A stretch of 64,000 nucleotides of DNA, taken from assembly GCA_015680685.1 (NCBI GenBank), contig MNCI01000690.1, forward strand, positions 184,852 through 248,851, in the 5' to 3' direction. Below, piece after piece: positions 1-12,667 of this stretch. This stretch comes from Gnetum montanum. Its lineage: Eukaryota > Plantae > Gnetophyta. Position 1 is the first letter of the stretch. Each line of letters opens with the position of its first letter. The position numbers were made by a program, and so were the translations under genes. The notes below the pieces were generated by a model that had not been told where the DNA came from, did not search any database, and saw only the letters and a program-made list of their open reading frames with translations.

Positions 1-24
1 ATATATATATATATATATATATAT
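1..24. repeat. (AT)n microsatellite, cut by the window edge
   Basis: atatatat... seen directly. Confidence 0.95.
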
Positions 25-269
25 GAATGATAATGTTACAAAATTATCTATCTCTTTTTAAATTACAAAAGAGTTTCTTGCCAAAGCTTAGAAGTTGTGA
101 CATTGTTCAAATTCTAATTTTAGCCTATAGTTTCTCCTTGCTCTACTCTAAAGAGTAAATTTGTAAAACCTGCTTCATTTTGTTCTATGTCATTAATATC
201 ATTTGCATGGTAATCATCTTCATCGAGTCATCAATATTAAAATTCATTGCTCCAGGAACATTAACTAAG

Positions 270-2705
270 TCAGTAGAATAACTTTCTCTATATCAACTAT
301 TGGAACATCATCATCTTCTGGATTAACATTGCAACGAAGAGTAGGTGATTGCCTATATTTTATTTCCTTTTTTTCTTCCAATCTAATCATGCTATGAACA
401 GATTCTAATTTTTCAGCTCTTTTTGGAGTCAAACTATTTCTTTTGATCCGATGAATGAAAGAATATGTTGATCAATTTCTTTCAACAGCAGAAGAAGATG
501 CAACCTACATAAATGATAAAAACAAGAATAAATTTTTGCATTGTTAAAAGATTCATTTTATAAATTATTCAAAACTTCATCAATAAACAAACTGATTTGA
601 AGCTTTAGACCTAATAGCTTACTAATCATGGTGTTTAGAGAATGCATAATGATATATAAAACATCACTATTTCAAGTTTTCAAACATCACATTTCATAAA
701 TTAATTAAGGAAATTAATAAGTATTAATATTTGTTATATGTTTAATGAAAAACTGATCGTATTACCTAAGAAAGAAGCTTCACTGCTAAAGTTCGAAGTC
801 TAAGAGTATCTTCACCATGCAAACTCCACCATCCAGCTGGATCTTCTTGAGCTATTCCATCCATATCAAGTATAGCATCTTCACATTTAAATGCTTTTGT
901 ATGTCCTTTAGTAAATTGAAGCCATTCCTTTCTAATTAAGCTAGCCTCACAAGGTGAATATAACCGTTTAACATATTCTAAAAAACTTGTTCTTATATCA
1001 AAATCATCACAAGGCCTTCTTGGATTTTTATCTTTATGTTTTGAAGAATACCACTTAATATTTAATGCATATGCAACCATATGCAATGGGGTATTTGTAG
1101 CATTCCATCTTTTTAGAATCAATGGAAGTAACTGGGCATTATAAAAATCAAGAGAGCCATCCATTTCTATAACCTTTTTTTTAATTTCTGTTAACATATT
1201 TTCATAAATTACATAAGTTTCTCCTAATGCACGTGTATCTATATCAGCATAACGAATGAAATCAACAATAGGTTGCAGCATGCTAACAATCCTCCTACAA
1301 TATAACAAATACTTATTTTTAATAAGATATAAANNNNNNNNNNNNNNNNNNNNNNNNNNNNNNNNNNNNNNNNNNNNNNNNNNNNNNNNNNNNNNNNNNN
1401 NNNNNNNNNNNNNNNNNNNNNNNNNNNNNNNNNNNNNNNNNNNNNNNNNNNNNNNNNNNNNNNNTATTACCTTGTTTCTATAGGCTTTTTGAAAGTCTTA
1501 TTTTTGCTACATTCCTTGAACAAGGAATTTGAATAATGATGATTGCAAATGAAAATTTGTATGTCTCTTGCATCTATAATAAGCTTTTTCACCCAATCAA
1601 TTTTACCAATATCACGAAGTGCATTATTTAGAGAATGAACATAACAAGGAGTTCAAAATATATTTGGATGAATCATTTCTTTTATTTTTCCTGTATGCCT
1701 ACAAACAAGAGCTAAATCTGTTATAATTTGAATAATGTTGTTTGAAAATTAGTTGCAATTGTTGTCTTTAATAATTTGGCTTGAAAATTAGCATCTTTTA
1801 TATGATTAGAGTAGTCTGTAGCATTAAGAAAAAATGGTCCAAGTTGACAACTAATTATAATATTAATTAATGGATGTTGACGAATATTAGTCCATCCATC
1901 TATTATAATAGAACAACCACTTTGCTGCCAAAATTGCTTCCATTCCTCTAACTTTTTCATGCCAAGTTCATACCTCTCATCAAGAAGATCATTTCGAATT
2001 TTATCTTCAGTTGGAGGGATGGACCTACCATATAAAAATATTAGTTTTACTAATAATTTTAAATAAAAAATGATAATTTAAAAATTAAAAATATTACTTG
2101 CTTCAATGGCATAATGAATTGTTTCTTTGAATGAAGGAGTACGTGCAAGTTTGAATGGTAATCCATTTGCATAGAACATTTTTGCAATACTGATATCAGC
2201 TTTTATTTTATTTTTTTCAACTTGAAAACCTATTTATGTTTGTTTAAGCACTTTTCTTTTTGCTGGTTGTACAACATCCTTTGTCTTGTTCTTACTTTCC
2301 TCTATTCAAATACTTACAGTAATGCTTTTTATCATAGTCTTTGCTTGAAAGTAGTCATACATAGCTTTTTGAATATCAAGGATATGGAAATTTACATGTG
2401 ACAACTCCTGTGTTATTTTCTAATGTCTAAAAGAAATGATTGTGTATTCGTGTACCACTTGTAGTGAATTCATGGCTACATATATGACACTTTCATCTTT
2501 TGCTTCCACCTCCTCCACTCCTACAAGTGTCTAATTATGTTACGAATTGTTTTAATGGAGATTTCAAAATAAATCTACCTTTTGCAAATGGTTTCAAAAT
2601 TTCCACATTACAATCTAAGACATTTTCTTCTTGCAATACATTTTCCTCCAATAGAGTACTATCTATTTCATTCTCATTGCTATCTATGTCTTGAATAGAG
2701 CTCAT
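270..2705 (-). pseudogene. Degenerate hAT-superfamily transposase (BED zinc finger, DUF659/RNase H-like core, C-terminal dimerization motif) with introns
   Basis: ATG at 2705 (MSSIQDIDS). BED finger reads KCHICSHEF..RIHNHF..C (~2480-2390), then GCSIIIDGWTN (1721-1960), PLHMVAYALN and WWSLHG..LAVKLLS (766-1308), and VASSSAVERN*STYSFIH..KRNSL (504-380). GT-AG introns at 2097-2025 and 765-505. Stops and an N-gap are present; TIRs not identified. Confidence 0.88.
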
Positions 2706-4659
2706 ATTTATGACTTTGTAAATATTAATGGTTAAAATTATAAAATGAGATATGATTGCTATTCTTCACAAAAGTTAAAATGAATTTTTAAAAAATTACA
2801 AATAGATATACTTACCAATTGCCCAAATTACTGTGACTAAAGGTATCTATTTTTTCTTTTTCTGTTAGCAAAGAGCCTTTAGAAAAATGTTTTAAGAGCT
2901 TTAACACTAAAATGTCATTCAATGCAATAAATCTGGAAATGCAAAACAATAATAGAGTCAAAGAAAAATTGAAAATACAAAATAGTGATAAATTTAAAAA
3001 TAACAAGATGAAATTTCAATAAGAAATAGAAAAAAAACTGAAAATCATAGACAAATGTACTTAATAATTGTTGAAACAAGGGCGGGATTTCATAAAATAT
3101 GAAATATGGCATTATGAAGGAATTGCTTCTTTGAATGAAGGAATAAAGCCCAAGTTGAAGAACAATGAAAGTAGCTTTAATGCATGCAAAAGGGATCTGA
3201 CCGATGACTGCAAGTAGGGTTTGGTCTACATAATTCCGATTCTATTCATCAATCTTTTCTACTTTGATCAAAAGAAACAAACCAACCAACTCAGAAAAAA
3301 AGTGTCATAACTACAATTAAATTAGAAACCAAATAGAACGTTGTATCAGAGGCATTAATTGATTAAAGTGAAATGTTTTTTGGAAGCTTAATGATAATGC
3401 AAAAGCACTTCAATAATTTTTTTTAGTAAGCCTTCAAAGAGCAACAAGACATCGATGCACTAAGAACTTAAGCACACTTGAAAAATAAAAACTCAATTAT
3501 CTAAAACATTAAAGAATGGTCTCGATGAGGTAAGCGTTGCATACTGAACAAAAAGTTGTTTCAAAATTGTTAAATGATGAAAAGTATAATAAATATTCAG
3601 CCAAAAGAATCTGTTCTCTTTCCACTAAAATCTTCAGTCTATTTTCGCCCTAACATTAAACTCTACAACATCAAATAAAGATAGGGACAAAAAATTTCTA
3701 ATATTTCGTTGGACCATTAATCTTACTGTATTTAACCAAAGTATGAAACAAAAAGAAAACGTTTCGAAAAATAACAAAATCAAACCAGAAAAAAATATTT
3801 TATCTCTTTGAAGAAATTGTAATCAAATACGAAAAGACTGACAAAATCTTAAAAGAACCTCAAAGAAAAAAATGATTGAACCAAACAACTAGTAAATGAG
3901 ATGATTTTTTTATGTACATAAAAAAAGGACTCAGCATGTCAGGAACACCGCTAGACTAGGTAACCTAGAAGCAAGCTTCGGGAAGTGAAGGTTTGCGTAA
4001 GCGACCCCAAATAAATAGATGGTTAGGGTAAGCAAAAGAGCAGTGTAAGCAATCCTCAATAGCCATTGGGCAGCTGAAAATTAGATGATAGTTGATACAC
4101 TATATATGCCATAGTTGTCCATCGATATGGAAAGAATCGATATGGACCTTTCTTTTTGGATATTTTTCATAGAAAATCTAATAGTTGACAACAACGTCTT
4201 CACCCAAATTATACTAGGCAGATGAGACCTCCTTCGTCAGGAGAAACACTCATCTCCTCCTTTGTCATTGCCCACAGATACGGTGAAATATTGAGAAAAA
4301 CTGAAGATGAAACAAAGAATTTCAGAGCTAGAAGAAAGAAATACGAGCGTTTGGAGAGTCTGGCAGTGGAAGCATCCAATTCCCTACCAATGGCGGAGTA
4401 GGAGCGTCTGTTAATACAAGGTGTTGGATGCGAATGCGATTTGTAGTAAAAACAGGTAAGATTGGATGTGATTGGCAGGTAAAAACAAGATTTTAATGGA
4501 CAATGAAAGTTATGGTTGAAATTTGAAAATTGAGCCACCATTGCACGAAAAATTATAATTTATGTACCCAATGCAGATTTTACACGCTTCTATACGTGTG
4601 CCCAAATCCATTGCAAATGGTTCATGAAATTTTCTTGGGAATTGCGAATCTCCGATGCA

Positions 4660-7600
4660 TAGTTCGTAGGCAATTTGAGAACTCTCTCATGAAAGAAAGT
4701 GAGTCTATTCATAACTATTTCGGTAACATATTAGAAATAGTGAATCAAATTAGAAAATTTGGTGAACTATTGGCTGAGAATAAGGTAGTTGAAAAAATAT
4801 TGAGGAGTTTGCCCAAAATGTTTGATCATGTGGTGGCAGCAGTTGAAGAATCAAAGGATCAAACCAAACTAATAGTTGATGAATTTCTTGGTTCTCTTCA
4901 ATCTCATGAAGACAGGGTGAAAAGATACGAGGACAATACTATGGAAAATGCTTTTCAATCAAAATTGCAGGTTTCCAAAGACAAAAGAATTAGTACCAGG
5001 GAATCAAATGGCTATCAAAGAAGTGGTGGTCATTCTTATCATGGAAGCATACATGGAAGAGGAAGAGGACGTTGGAATAACTCCAACCATTGTCATTATG
5101 GGGGAATAAAGAAAGGTGAACAATATAATTTTGAGGAATATTATCAAAAGAGACGTCACTGTTACTACTACAAGAGGTATGGTCATATTGAGAAGTATTG
5201 TAAATATAAAGAAAAACAAGCAAATTTTGTTGAAGAAAGTAAACCAGATGAATTTGAAAGTTTGTTTATGGCCTGTTATTCTTCTAAAGAATGTGCTTTA
5301 GGTACTTGGTATATGGATAGTGGATGTAGTAATCACATGTCAGCAAGTTTGGAGGACTTTACACAATTGGACAAGTTTGTAACTACCAAGGTGAAGATGG
5401 GTGATGGAATTGTTCACGAAGCTTGTGGAAAAGTCTCTATTAAGGTAAATTCATGTAGTATGAACTACATAAAAAATGTGTCATATGTTCTAGATTTAGA
5501 TACAAATTTATTGAGTGTAGGATAGTTTCTATTGGAAGGATATTCTCTTGTTTTTGAAGATTTAGCATGCTTGGTATATAAAGATAAAACAAGAAAATTG
5601 TTATTGATCAAAGTACCTATGGCTAAAAACAAAACTTTTCCTCTCAATTTTGATGAAAAAGATCATGCATTAAAGGCTTCATTTGAAAATGATAATTGGT
5701 TGTGGCACCATAGGTATGGGCATTTGAATTTTAAGAGTTTAAAATTTTTATCTGAAAAAAGGTTGGTGCATGGATTACCTCTTATTACACATGATGGAGA
5801 GATATGTGAAAGTTTTGTGCTAGGAAAGCAACATAGAGATGTGTTTCTAAAAGGAAAGGCAAGAAGAGCATCAAAACCAATCACCTTGATTCATGCAGAT
5901 GTGTGCGGCCCTATGAACTCACCTTCTCTTAATCATAACGTATTCTTTATTGTGTTTGTTGATGATTTTAGTAGAATGACATGGGTGTACTTTGCCAAAG
6001 AAAAATCAGAAGCATTTCATATTTTTAAGAAATTTAAGAGTTTTGTTGAAAAGCAAAGTGAATGCTTTTTGAAAGTGTTGCGGACAGATCGTGGTGGTAA
6101 ATTTTGGTCTAAGGAATTTAACCATTTCTATGAGATGTTTGGTATTCAAAGATAATTGACAGCTAGGTACACACCTCAACAAAATGGAGTGGCCGAAAGA
6201 AACAATAGAAGTCTTGTGGCAATGGCTAAAAGCATGTTAAAGGCAAAAGGCCTACCCAAATGTTTTTGGGCAGAGGTAATTCACACAGCTACTTATATTT
6301 TAAATCGAAGCCCCACATCAGCTTTACAACAAAAGACTCCTTTTGAAACATGGAATGGTTGGAAACCTGAGGTAACACATTTAAAAGTCTTTGGATGCAT
6401 CTCTTATGTTCTTATTCCTTTTGAGAAAAGATATAAACTTGATGATAATAGTGTGAAGTGCATTTTTTTGGGATATAGCATAGAAACAAAAGGGTACAGA
6501 TTTTTTTGATCCCATTTCTAAGAAATTACTAATTAGTCGGGATGTTATTGTTGATGAGAAAAATGCTTGGAATTGGAAGGAGATGGAACAGTACCCATGT
6601 GTCATACATGAAGATGATGAATTTTTTAATGAGCCAACTTTCATAAATGAGGAAAATAATGGGAGTTCAAATCTTGATATTGATTCGTCTCCAAGAAAAT
6701 GGAGATCTTTAACTAACATTTATGCAAGATCGGATAGGTGCCAACTTGCAAAAGTTCATGAACCAAGCTATTTTGAGGAAGCAACACAACATAAAGATGG
6801 TGTGATGCCATGGATGAAGAAATAAAAGCACTTGAAAGGAACAAGACATGGGAAATTGTCAAGTTACCTGATGATAAAGAAGTTGTGGGATTGAAGTGGA
6901 TCTACAAAGTCAAGTACACATTCGATGGTATTATTAACAAATACAAAGCTAGGCTAGTTGCACAAGGTTATATGCAATGTGAAGGTATTGATTTTACTGA
7001 AAATTTCTCCCTAGTTGCAAGGTTTGATACTATTTGCACCATTTTAGCAATAGCTGCTCAACATAAATGGAATATTTATCAATTAGATGTTAAATCAGCC
7101 TTTTTAAATGATGTGTTGAATGAAGAAGTATATGTAGAACAACCAAGAGGTTATGAAGTTAAAGGAGAAGAAACAAAGGTATATCGATTAAAGAAAGCAC
7201 TTTATGGCCTTAAACAAGCACCAAGGGCTTGGTATGACAAAATCAATGGACACTTTATCAAGCATGGGTTTTAGAAGAGTTCAAGTGAGCCTAATCTATA
7301 TGTTAAAAGCAATGAAGATGGTAGAATAATCATTGTTTATCTTTATGTTGATGACTTGATATATAATGGTAATAGTTTAGCACTTATGAATGAATTTAAA
7401 GCTTTGATGATTCAAGAATTTGAGATGACTAATTTGGGATTGATGAGCTAATTTTTCTCTCAAGAGAAATATGTAAAAGATCTTCTTGCAAGGTATAACA
7501 TAATAGATTGCAATCCAGTTAGAATTCCCATGAATACTAGTCAAAAATTCACATTAGAAGATGGAGAAGAGAAAGCTGATGCTCATAGATATCGAAGTTT

Positions 7601-8553
7601 GATTGGAAGCTTATTGTACCTCACCAATAGTAGACCTGATATCATGTTTGCTACAAGCTTGCTATCTAGATTTATGCAAAATCCAAGCAAAGTTCACTAT
7701 GGGGCTGCTAAGAGAGTGTTGAGATATCTGAAAGGAACAAGCTCTTTTGGCCTTTGGTATTTTAATACTAATAATTTTGCATTGTGTGGTTTTTCTGATA
7801 GTGATTGGGCAGGTTCTTGTGATGACAGAAGAAGCACCATAGGCTATGTTTTTAATCTTGGATCTGGAGCTATTTGTTGGAGTGCAAAGAAACAATCCAG
7901 CATTGCACTATCTTCCTCTGAAGCTGAATATATGGCTGTTATAGCAGCTGCTTGTCAAGCAGTGTGGCTACAAAGAATTTTGCAAGATACGAAGAAAAAA
8001 CAACTAGGAGCAATAACACTTTATTGTGACAATCAATCCACAATTGCAATGGCCAAAAATTCAGTCTTCCATAATCGCATCAGACATATAGAAACACGAT
8101 ATCACTTCATACATGAATTGGTTGTTGAAGAAAGTATAAAAATTGATTATTGCAACACAAATGAGTAAATGGCAGACTTGTTTACAAAAGCACTCTCATT
8201 TCAAAAATTTCATAATTTTAGAAAGTCAATAGAAGTTGTAAATTTCTGCATTAAGGGAGGGTGTTAAAGTTTAATGCAGAATTCAGTTAGTTATGTTATA
8301 GTTATGTTATTGTCATCGTCTATTGTAAGGTTGTCCTAAAGTGGTCAGTAATGAGTTTGTTACTGTGGTTGTAATTTGGTTCAGGGTCAATTATGGCCGG
8401 TATGTTACTTAGTTAAAAAACACCTTGGGTGCATGGTTGTGATTTGTGTATACTAATATATGGATTTGCTTGCGGAAACCATAGGTGATTTTTTCTGGTA
8501 TTGAATATTTGGTTTATTGTTTTTTTTTGCTCCACCTCTTTATTTTTGTAACA
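4660..8553 (+). mobile_element. 5'-truncated Ty1/copia LTR retrotransposon (gag-PR-INT-RT-RNaseH, PPT, 3' LTR)
   Basis: Gag RRQFENSLMKESESI/EKILRSL, degenerate zinc knuckle, PR WYMDSGCSNHM, GAG-pre-integrase WHHRYGHLN, INT DDFSR/TPQQNGVAER, RT YKARLVA/QLDVKSAFL/LYVDD, RNaseH SDSDWAG/EAEY/CDNQS. Several stops and frameshifts; no 5' LTR. Confidence 0.95.
8262..8553 (+). repeat. Copia 3' LTR (~292 bp), preceded by polypurine tract (PPT) aagggaggg
   Basis: PPT 8253-8261, then TGTTA...TAACA inverted termini; IMPDH-like sequence begins right after. Confidence 0.75.
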
Positions 8554-8680
8554 GATCGACCATATTTATGGCAAAATCAATGTAGGCCAAATGCAGGATC
8601 ATATCATCATAGGGGTAGGAGAAGCCCTTGCTCAGCAGCTGAGTATACATCCTCCACCACAACAGATGCTCCTGCTGTTT
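8554..8680 (-). pseudogene. IMPDH: IMP dehydrogenase N-terminal fragment (copy A), interrupted by the copia LTR
   Basis: VVEDVYSAA..SKGFSYPYDDMILHLAYIDFAINMVD resembles the plant IMPDH start (EDGF.A.KLF.QGYSYTYDDVIFLPH.IDF..DAV.L). Confidence 0.8.
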
Positions 8681-9210
8681 CTGCTGCTGCCTCTTGAAGA
8701 CTTATTTCGTAGAAAGTGTTCGGATCTCGATTTGTCTTTCTGCTTCTTTCTCACTATTTTATTCTCCAGAAATGCGTAATGATCCTCCTACAGTAGTTTG
8801 TTCATTCCTGCTTCAATTGCCATAGCGTATTGTTAAGTTATGCATCTGTTCGCTACTTTCTTGCTTCAAAGTTAGACATGGGTTCAAAAGTAGCATGCAA
8901 TAGAAACTATCAACTATGTTATCTTCGATTGGGCTGCATCATCTAGTTGCCTTTGCGTGTTTCAAGCCCCTTCACGTTTGCAGGGAGGCAATTCCATCGC
9001 CGATGCAGAAGACAATGAGGCTTTGTTACTCTGTGGCATCCGGTGTTTGAAGCAGCCAGGGTTACCAGGCATACTGCTGTGGCGTTGCTTCCTCTGGAAA
9101 GCTTCTCCGTCGAGCCATTCCAGTGCTCGGACTATTGTAGCAGCTGCGTTGGTGATGGCCCTTGCAGTGATGAAGAAGTCAAAGCTGATTCACTTGTCGC
9201 GATTTCCGAA
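8610..9210. repeat. Local duplicate block A1, homologous to ~14385-14970
   Basis: Shared runs such as gtaggagaagcccttgctcag, gaaagtgttcggatct, ccttcacgtttgcagggagg and gagccattccagtgctcggact. Confidence 0.9.
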
Positions 9211-9296
9211 GAAGTACAAAGAACCAAAAGTAAAGTAACTAAATAACAAAGTAAGAGAAATGATTAGATGTGAAGGTGCCTATTAAGATACCAACT

Positions 9297-9326
9297 ATGG
9301 AGGAGTCACTCCTTCGCTACTACTAG
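9297..9326 (+). mobile_element. Putative Helitron 3' terminus (hairpin followed by CTAG|T)
   Basis: tggaggag-tca-ctccttcg forms an 8-bp stem with G:T pairs, then ctacta and CTAG (9323-9326) followed by T. No 5' end or RepHel ORF found. Confidence 0.45.
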
Positions 9327-10513
9327 TGTTATATCCTAGTTCTAAGGTAGTAGCATTGTGATTAAACTAGTAATTGTTGCCTAACCCTTAAACACTTTTT
9401 TTTATAGAAGGGAGTTTTTGTGGGATGATTGAAATTATGAGTTTGGAGCATCACCCCAACTATAAGGTTCTTATGAGAGTGTGGCTTGGCTCATGATTAA
9501 AGGTTCTTGTGGGGCCATTTTTTTCTTCTTCTTTTTTTTTTTCTATTTTTTTCTATTTTTGTTTATTTTAAAAATTTTTATAAGAAATTGAATATCTGAC
9601 CAACTTTAATCATGAGGTTTTTGTAGGTGCTGAATTCATTTTGTAAAGATTGCTCACATGACATTGATCTTACTTGATATTAGTAGATGTCTTTACCACT
9701 AGAGAAACTAGGTCCAATATAACACACCCTTTTCACCTTACTGACTCATCCAAGTAGGTATTTGATAAAAACAAAACACTAATAAAAATGATCCTAAAAT
9801 AAGCTATTTAGCCACCTTGACTTATGAACATAGTACTTAAAGAATATTGTTTAAAAATAATTAATTTTACTATGTGCAAGATACTTATTAATCTAAAGCA
9901 CACCCTTAGTTGAATTTAAACTTGCCTATTTCAAGGTTGGAGGAGTTGTCCTCCTTTGCATTCCAAACATGATGTTATCGAATTCTTTATAGTTCCAACT
10001 AACAATAGAATTTCCTATTGCCCTCTACATTTTTCAAGGAAAAAGTTGGAGCCTATTAGTTTTTCCTTAATTATATATAATATGATATGTAATTAAAATA
10101 TATAATTTTCTAAAAAGAATATTATTACAAGAAAAATAATTATAGGAGACAATCTTTAACATTACAAAATAAAAGGAAATGAAATGAAATCGAAAGAATG
10201 TATACCTTTTTTAAAAGATTGAATTTAAATTTTAAGAGGAAATATGGAAAAAATAGAAAAAATAAAATAAAAAATATATATTGAACCCTTGATGATGATT
10301 GATTTTATTGGCTTCCTCGACAAAAGCACCTAAATTGATGAGCTAGGAAAAATTTGATGCTGGATTACTTTAACTATTATCTTTCGTTGTTGAGAAGTTA
10401 CCTCGTCTATGACTGACCTACAAGTTATATTTGTGAAGGAACAGTTCAAAAGTCAAAAGATCATCAAGATATAAAATGATTAAAATCGAATCATATTAAA
10501 TTCCACACTTATG

Positions 10514-11532
10514 GGGGGGGGGGGGGGGCGGGCCCCNNNNNNNNNNNNNNNNNNNNNNNNNNNNNNNNNNNNNNNNNNNNNNNNNNNNNNNNNNNNNNNN
10601 NNNNNNNNNNNNNNNNNNNNNNNNNNNNNNNNNNNNNNNNNNNNNNNNNNNNNNNNNNNNNNNNNNNNNNNNNNNNNNNNNNNNNNNNNNNNNNNNNNNN
10701 NNNNNNNNNNNNNNNNNNNNNNNNNNNNNNNNNNNNNNNNNNNNNNNNNNNNNNNNNNNNNNNNNNNNNNNNNNNNNNNNNNNNNNNNNNNNNNNNNNNN
10801 NNNNNNNNNNNNNNNNNNNNNNNNNNNNNNNNNNNNNNNNNNNNNNNNNNNNNNNNNNNNNNNNNNNNNNNNNNNNNNNNNNNNNNNNNNNNNNNNNNNN
10901 NNNNNNNNNNNNNNNNNNNNNNNNNNNNNNNNNNNNNNNNNNNNNNNNNNNNNNNNNNNNNNNNNNNNNNNNNNNNNNNNNNNNNNNNNNNNNNNNNNNN
11001 NNNNNNNNNNNNNNNNNNNNNNNNNNNNNNNNNNNNNNNNNNNNNNNNNNNNNNNNNNNNNNNNNNNNNNNNNNNNNNNNNNNNNNNNNNNNNNNNNNNN
11101 NNNNNNNNNNNNNNNNNNNNNNNNNNNNNNNNNNNNNNNNNNNNNNNNNNNNNNNNNNNNNNNNNNNNNNNNNNNNNNNNNNNNNNNNNNNNNNNNNNNN
11201 NNNNNNNNNNNNNNNNNNNNNNNNNNNNNNNNNNNNNNNNNNNNNNNNNNNNNNNNNNNNNNNNNNNNNNNNNNNNNNNNNNNNNNNNNNNNNNNNNNNN
11301 NNNNNNNNNNNNNNNNNNNNNNNNNNNNNNNNNNNNNNNNNNNNNNNNNNNNNNNNNNNNNNNNNNNAAAGGTTTCAGGGTCATTACATAAAGGGCACTT
11401 AGGGGAGTGAATCCCAAGGTATGCTAAACGTTTCCGATTGGGAGACCTTGATGAAGAAAACACCAAAGGAATTGTTGAATTTTAGGAAGAGTCGGGAGAT
11501 GCCAAATTTGGTTGAAAAGAGAGATCCAAAAA
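10514..11532 (-). mobile_element. 5'-truncated L1-type LINE, mostly within an assembly gap
   Basis: Minus strand WISLFNQIWHLPTLPKIQQFLWCFLHQGLPIG/RLAYLGIHSPKCPLCNDPET is a zf-RVT motif. 12-bp TSD tccacacttatg at 10502-10513 and 11533-11544; single empty site in the duplicate at ~13007-13018. Confidence 0.85.
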
Positions 11533-12164
11533 TCCACACTTATGACTATCACTTATAAGTAAAATTATGAATTTTCATTCTAACTTCTAATTTTAAGTTC
11601 AAGAATGAAAATTAATAACTAAATTAAATTGAGGTCATAAATATAAGCATAGATTATGAGGATTACAAGCAAGATTTCACCTAATTTATGATTTGTAGCA
11701 ACCTCAATAGCTCAACAATGGACTCCAATGGTCTATAGTTGCGACAAGGCTCAACAAATCCTTGCTTAACAATTTCCAAGGGAATTGGACTTCAAGTTGA
11801 CCTTAGTTTGCTTGGGTATCAATTTTGGGTGCCCCTTTTTGGTGCCCCCTAGGTGTACGATGGGTGCCCACCATTGGGTATAAAGATAAATGTCTCATTT
11901 ATAATTCAACAATGTTTAAAAATAAGTATTTTAATAATAGATTGATACAATACTAATGCAGACAAATTAGTATAATTGCCGAATTGGGCATCCTAATAGA
12001 TTAGCAAATCTAATGGAAACTATGGAAGAGAACCTTCCACAAGGTAGCAAAGTAGCTTGGAGTTGAAATTCATGATGCTCTGCTTACCCTGAGATAGAGA
12101 TACGACAAGAGAATAACTTGGAATGGGCTTGCACATTCCCCTATTGGCCAACCTCACAACTTGA

Positions 12165-12372
12165 CTAGTTGAATGCTTCCAAGAAGACTAGTCAATCCTA
12201 GCAAGTACACAATTTTGACATTGTTTTTATCACTGCCTTGCTGCTGGTAACTATAACATAAATAAAAGGTGATGTGCATGTGGCCATAATGGTAGCAAAT
12301 TTGGCACCTTTACCATTTCCACTTCCAATCTCATTAGCTACCCTCACTACTATGCAATGCAACCATCATTTG
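12165..12372 (-). pseudogene. MATE/DTX efflux transporter fragment (copy 1)
   Basis: QMMVAL..VRVANEIGSGNGKGAKFATIMATCTS..TSSKAVIKTMSK..LLGLTSLLGSIQ matches the MATE motif VRVANELGAGNGKGA.FAT. Confidence 0.85.
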
Positions 12373-12459
12373 GCTGGCTCAGTGGCTACCCATGTGGAAG
12401 ACAACAACACATCATTGGGACGCAGAAACAATGTACTACCATTGTAGTGGCCCTCTGCT

Positions 12460-12534
12460 GATGGTATAGAAATTGTATCCATGTAAATGCATGGAATGGG
12501 TTTCACCACCTAGAAGGTTGATACCCTGTATCAT
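12460..12534 (-). pseudogene. Laccase Cu-oxidase domain 3 fragment (copy 1)
   Basis: MIQGINLLGGETHSMHLHGYNFYTI, matching the HPxHLHG copper ligand motif. Confidence 0.85.
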
Positions 12535-12662
12535 GCCATTGTTGCGGCCATTGAAACTTCTATGACTATATCCATGGGCGATGAGAGGTATGGAGTTTTG
12601 AGAGCAATGTTTTTCGTCAAGTGGTTACCAAGATCGACCATCTCTATGGTGAAATCAATGTA
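12534..12662 (-). pseudogene. IMPDH: IMP dehydrogenase fragment (copy B), fused out of frame to the laccase fragment
   Basis: YIDFTIEMVDLGNHLTKNIALKTPYLSSPMDIVIEVSMAATMA, matching IMPDH L..P.VSSPMDTV.E..MA.AMA. Confidence 0.88.
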
Positions 12663-12667
12663 AGTTA

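Larger units (their letters stand above)
10150..12535. repeat. Tandem duplicate block B1 (contains the LINE insertion), homologous to ~12668-13965
   Basis: Both copies start aatctttaacattacaaaa and are collinear through the MATE and laccase fragments. Confidence 0.9.

Noticed and set aside
4115-4150. miRNA-like hairpin (atcgatatgga twice)
   Set aside because: Short direct or palindromic duplication; the stem is too short and I recognise no mature miRNA
8591-9246. Plus-strand ORFs present in both A blocks
   Set aside because: Partly antisense shadows of the IMPDH fragment; conservation is explained by recent duplication, and ORF extents differ between copies
10480-11466. Three ~300-aa ORFs in the ORF track
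   Set aside because: They are artefacts of the N-gap; only the zf-RVT LINE remnant at the edge is real
11815-12000. Possible MITE with gggtgccc palindromes
   Set aside because: No convincing TIR pair or TSD
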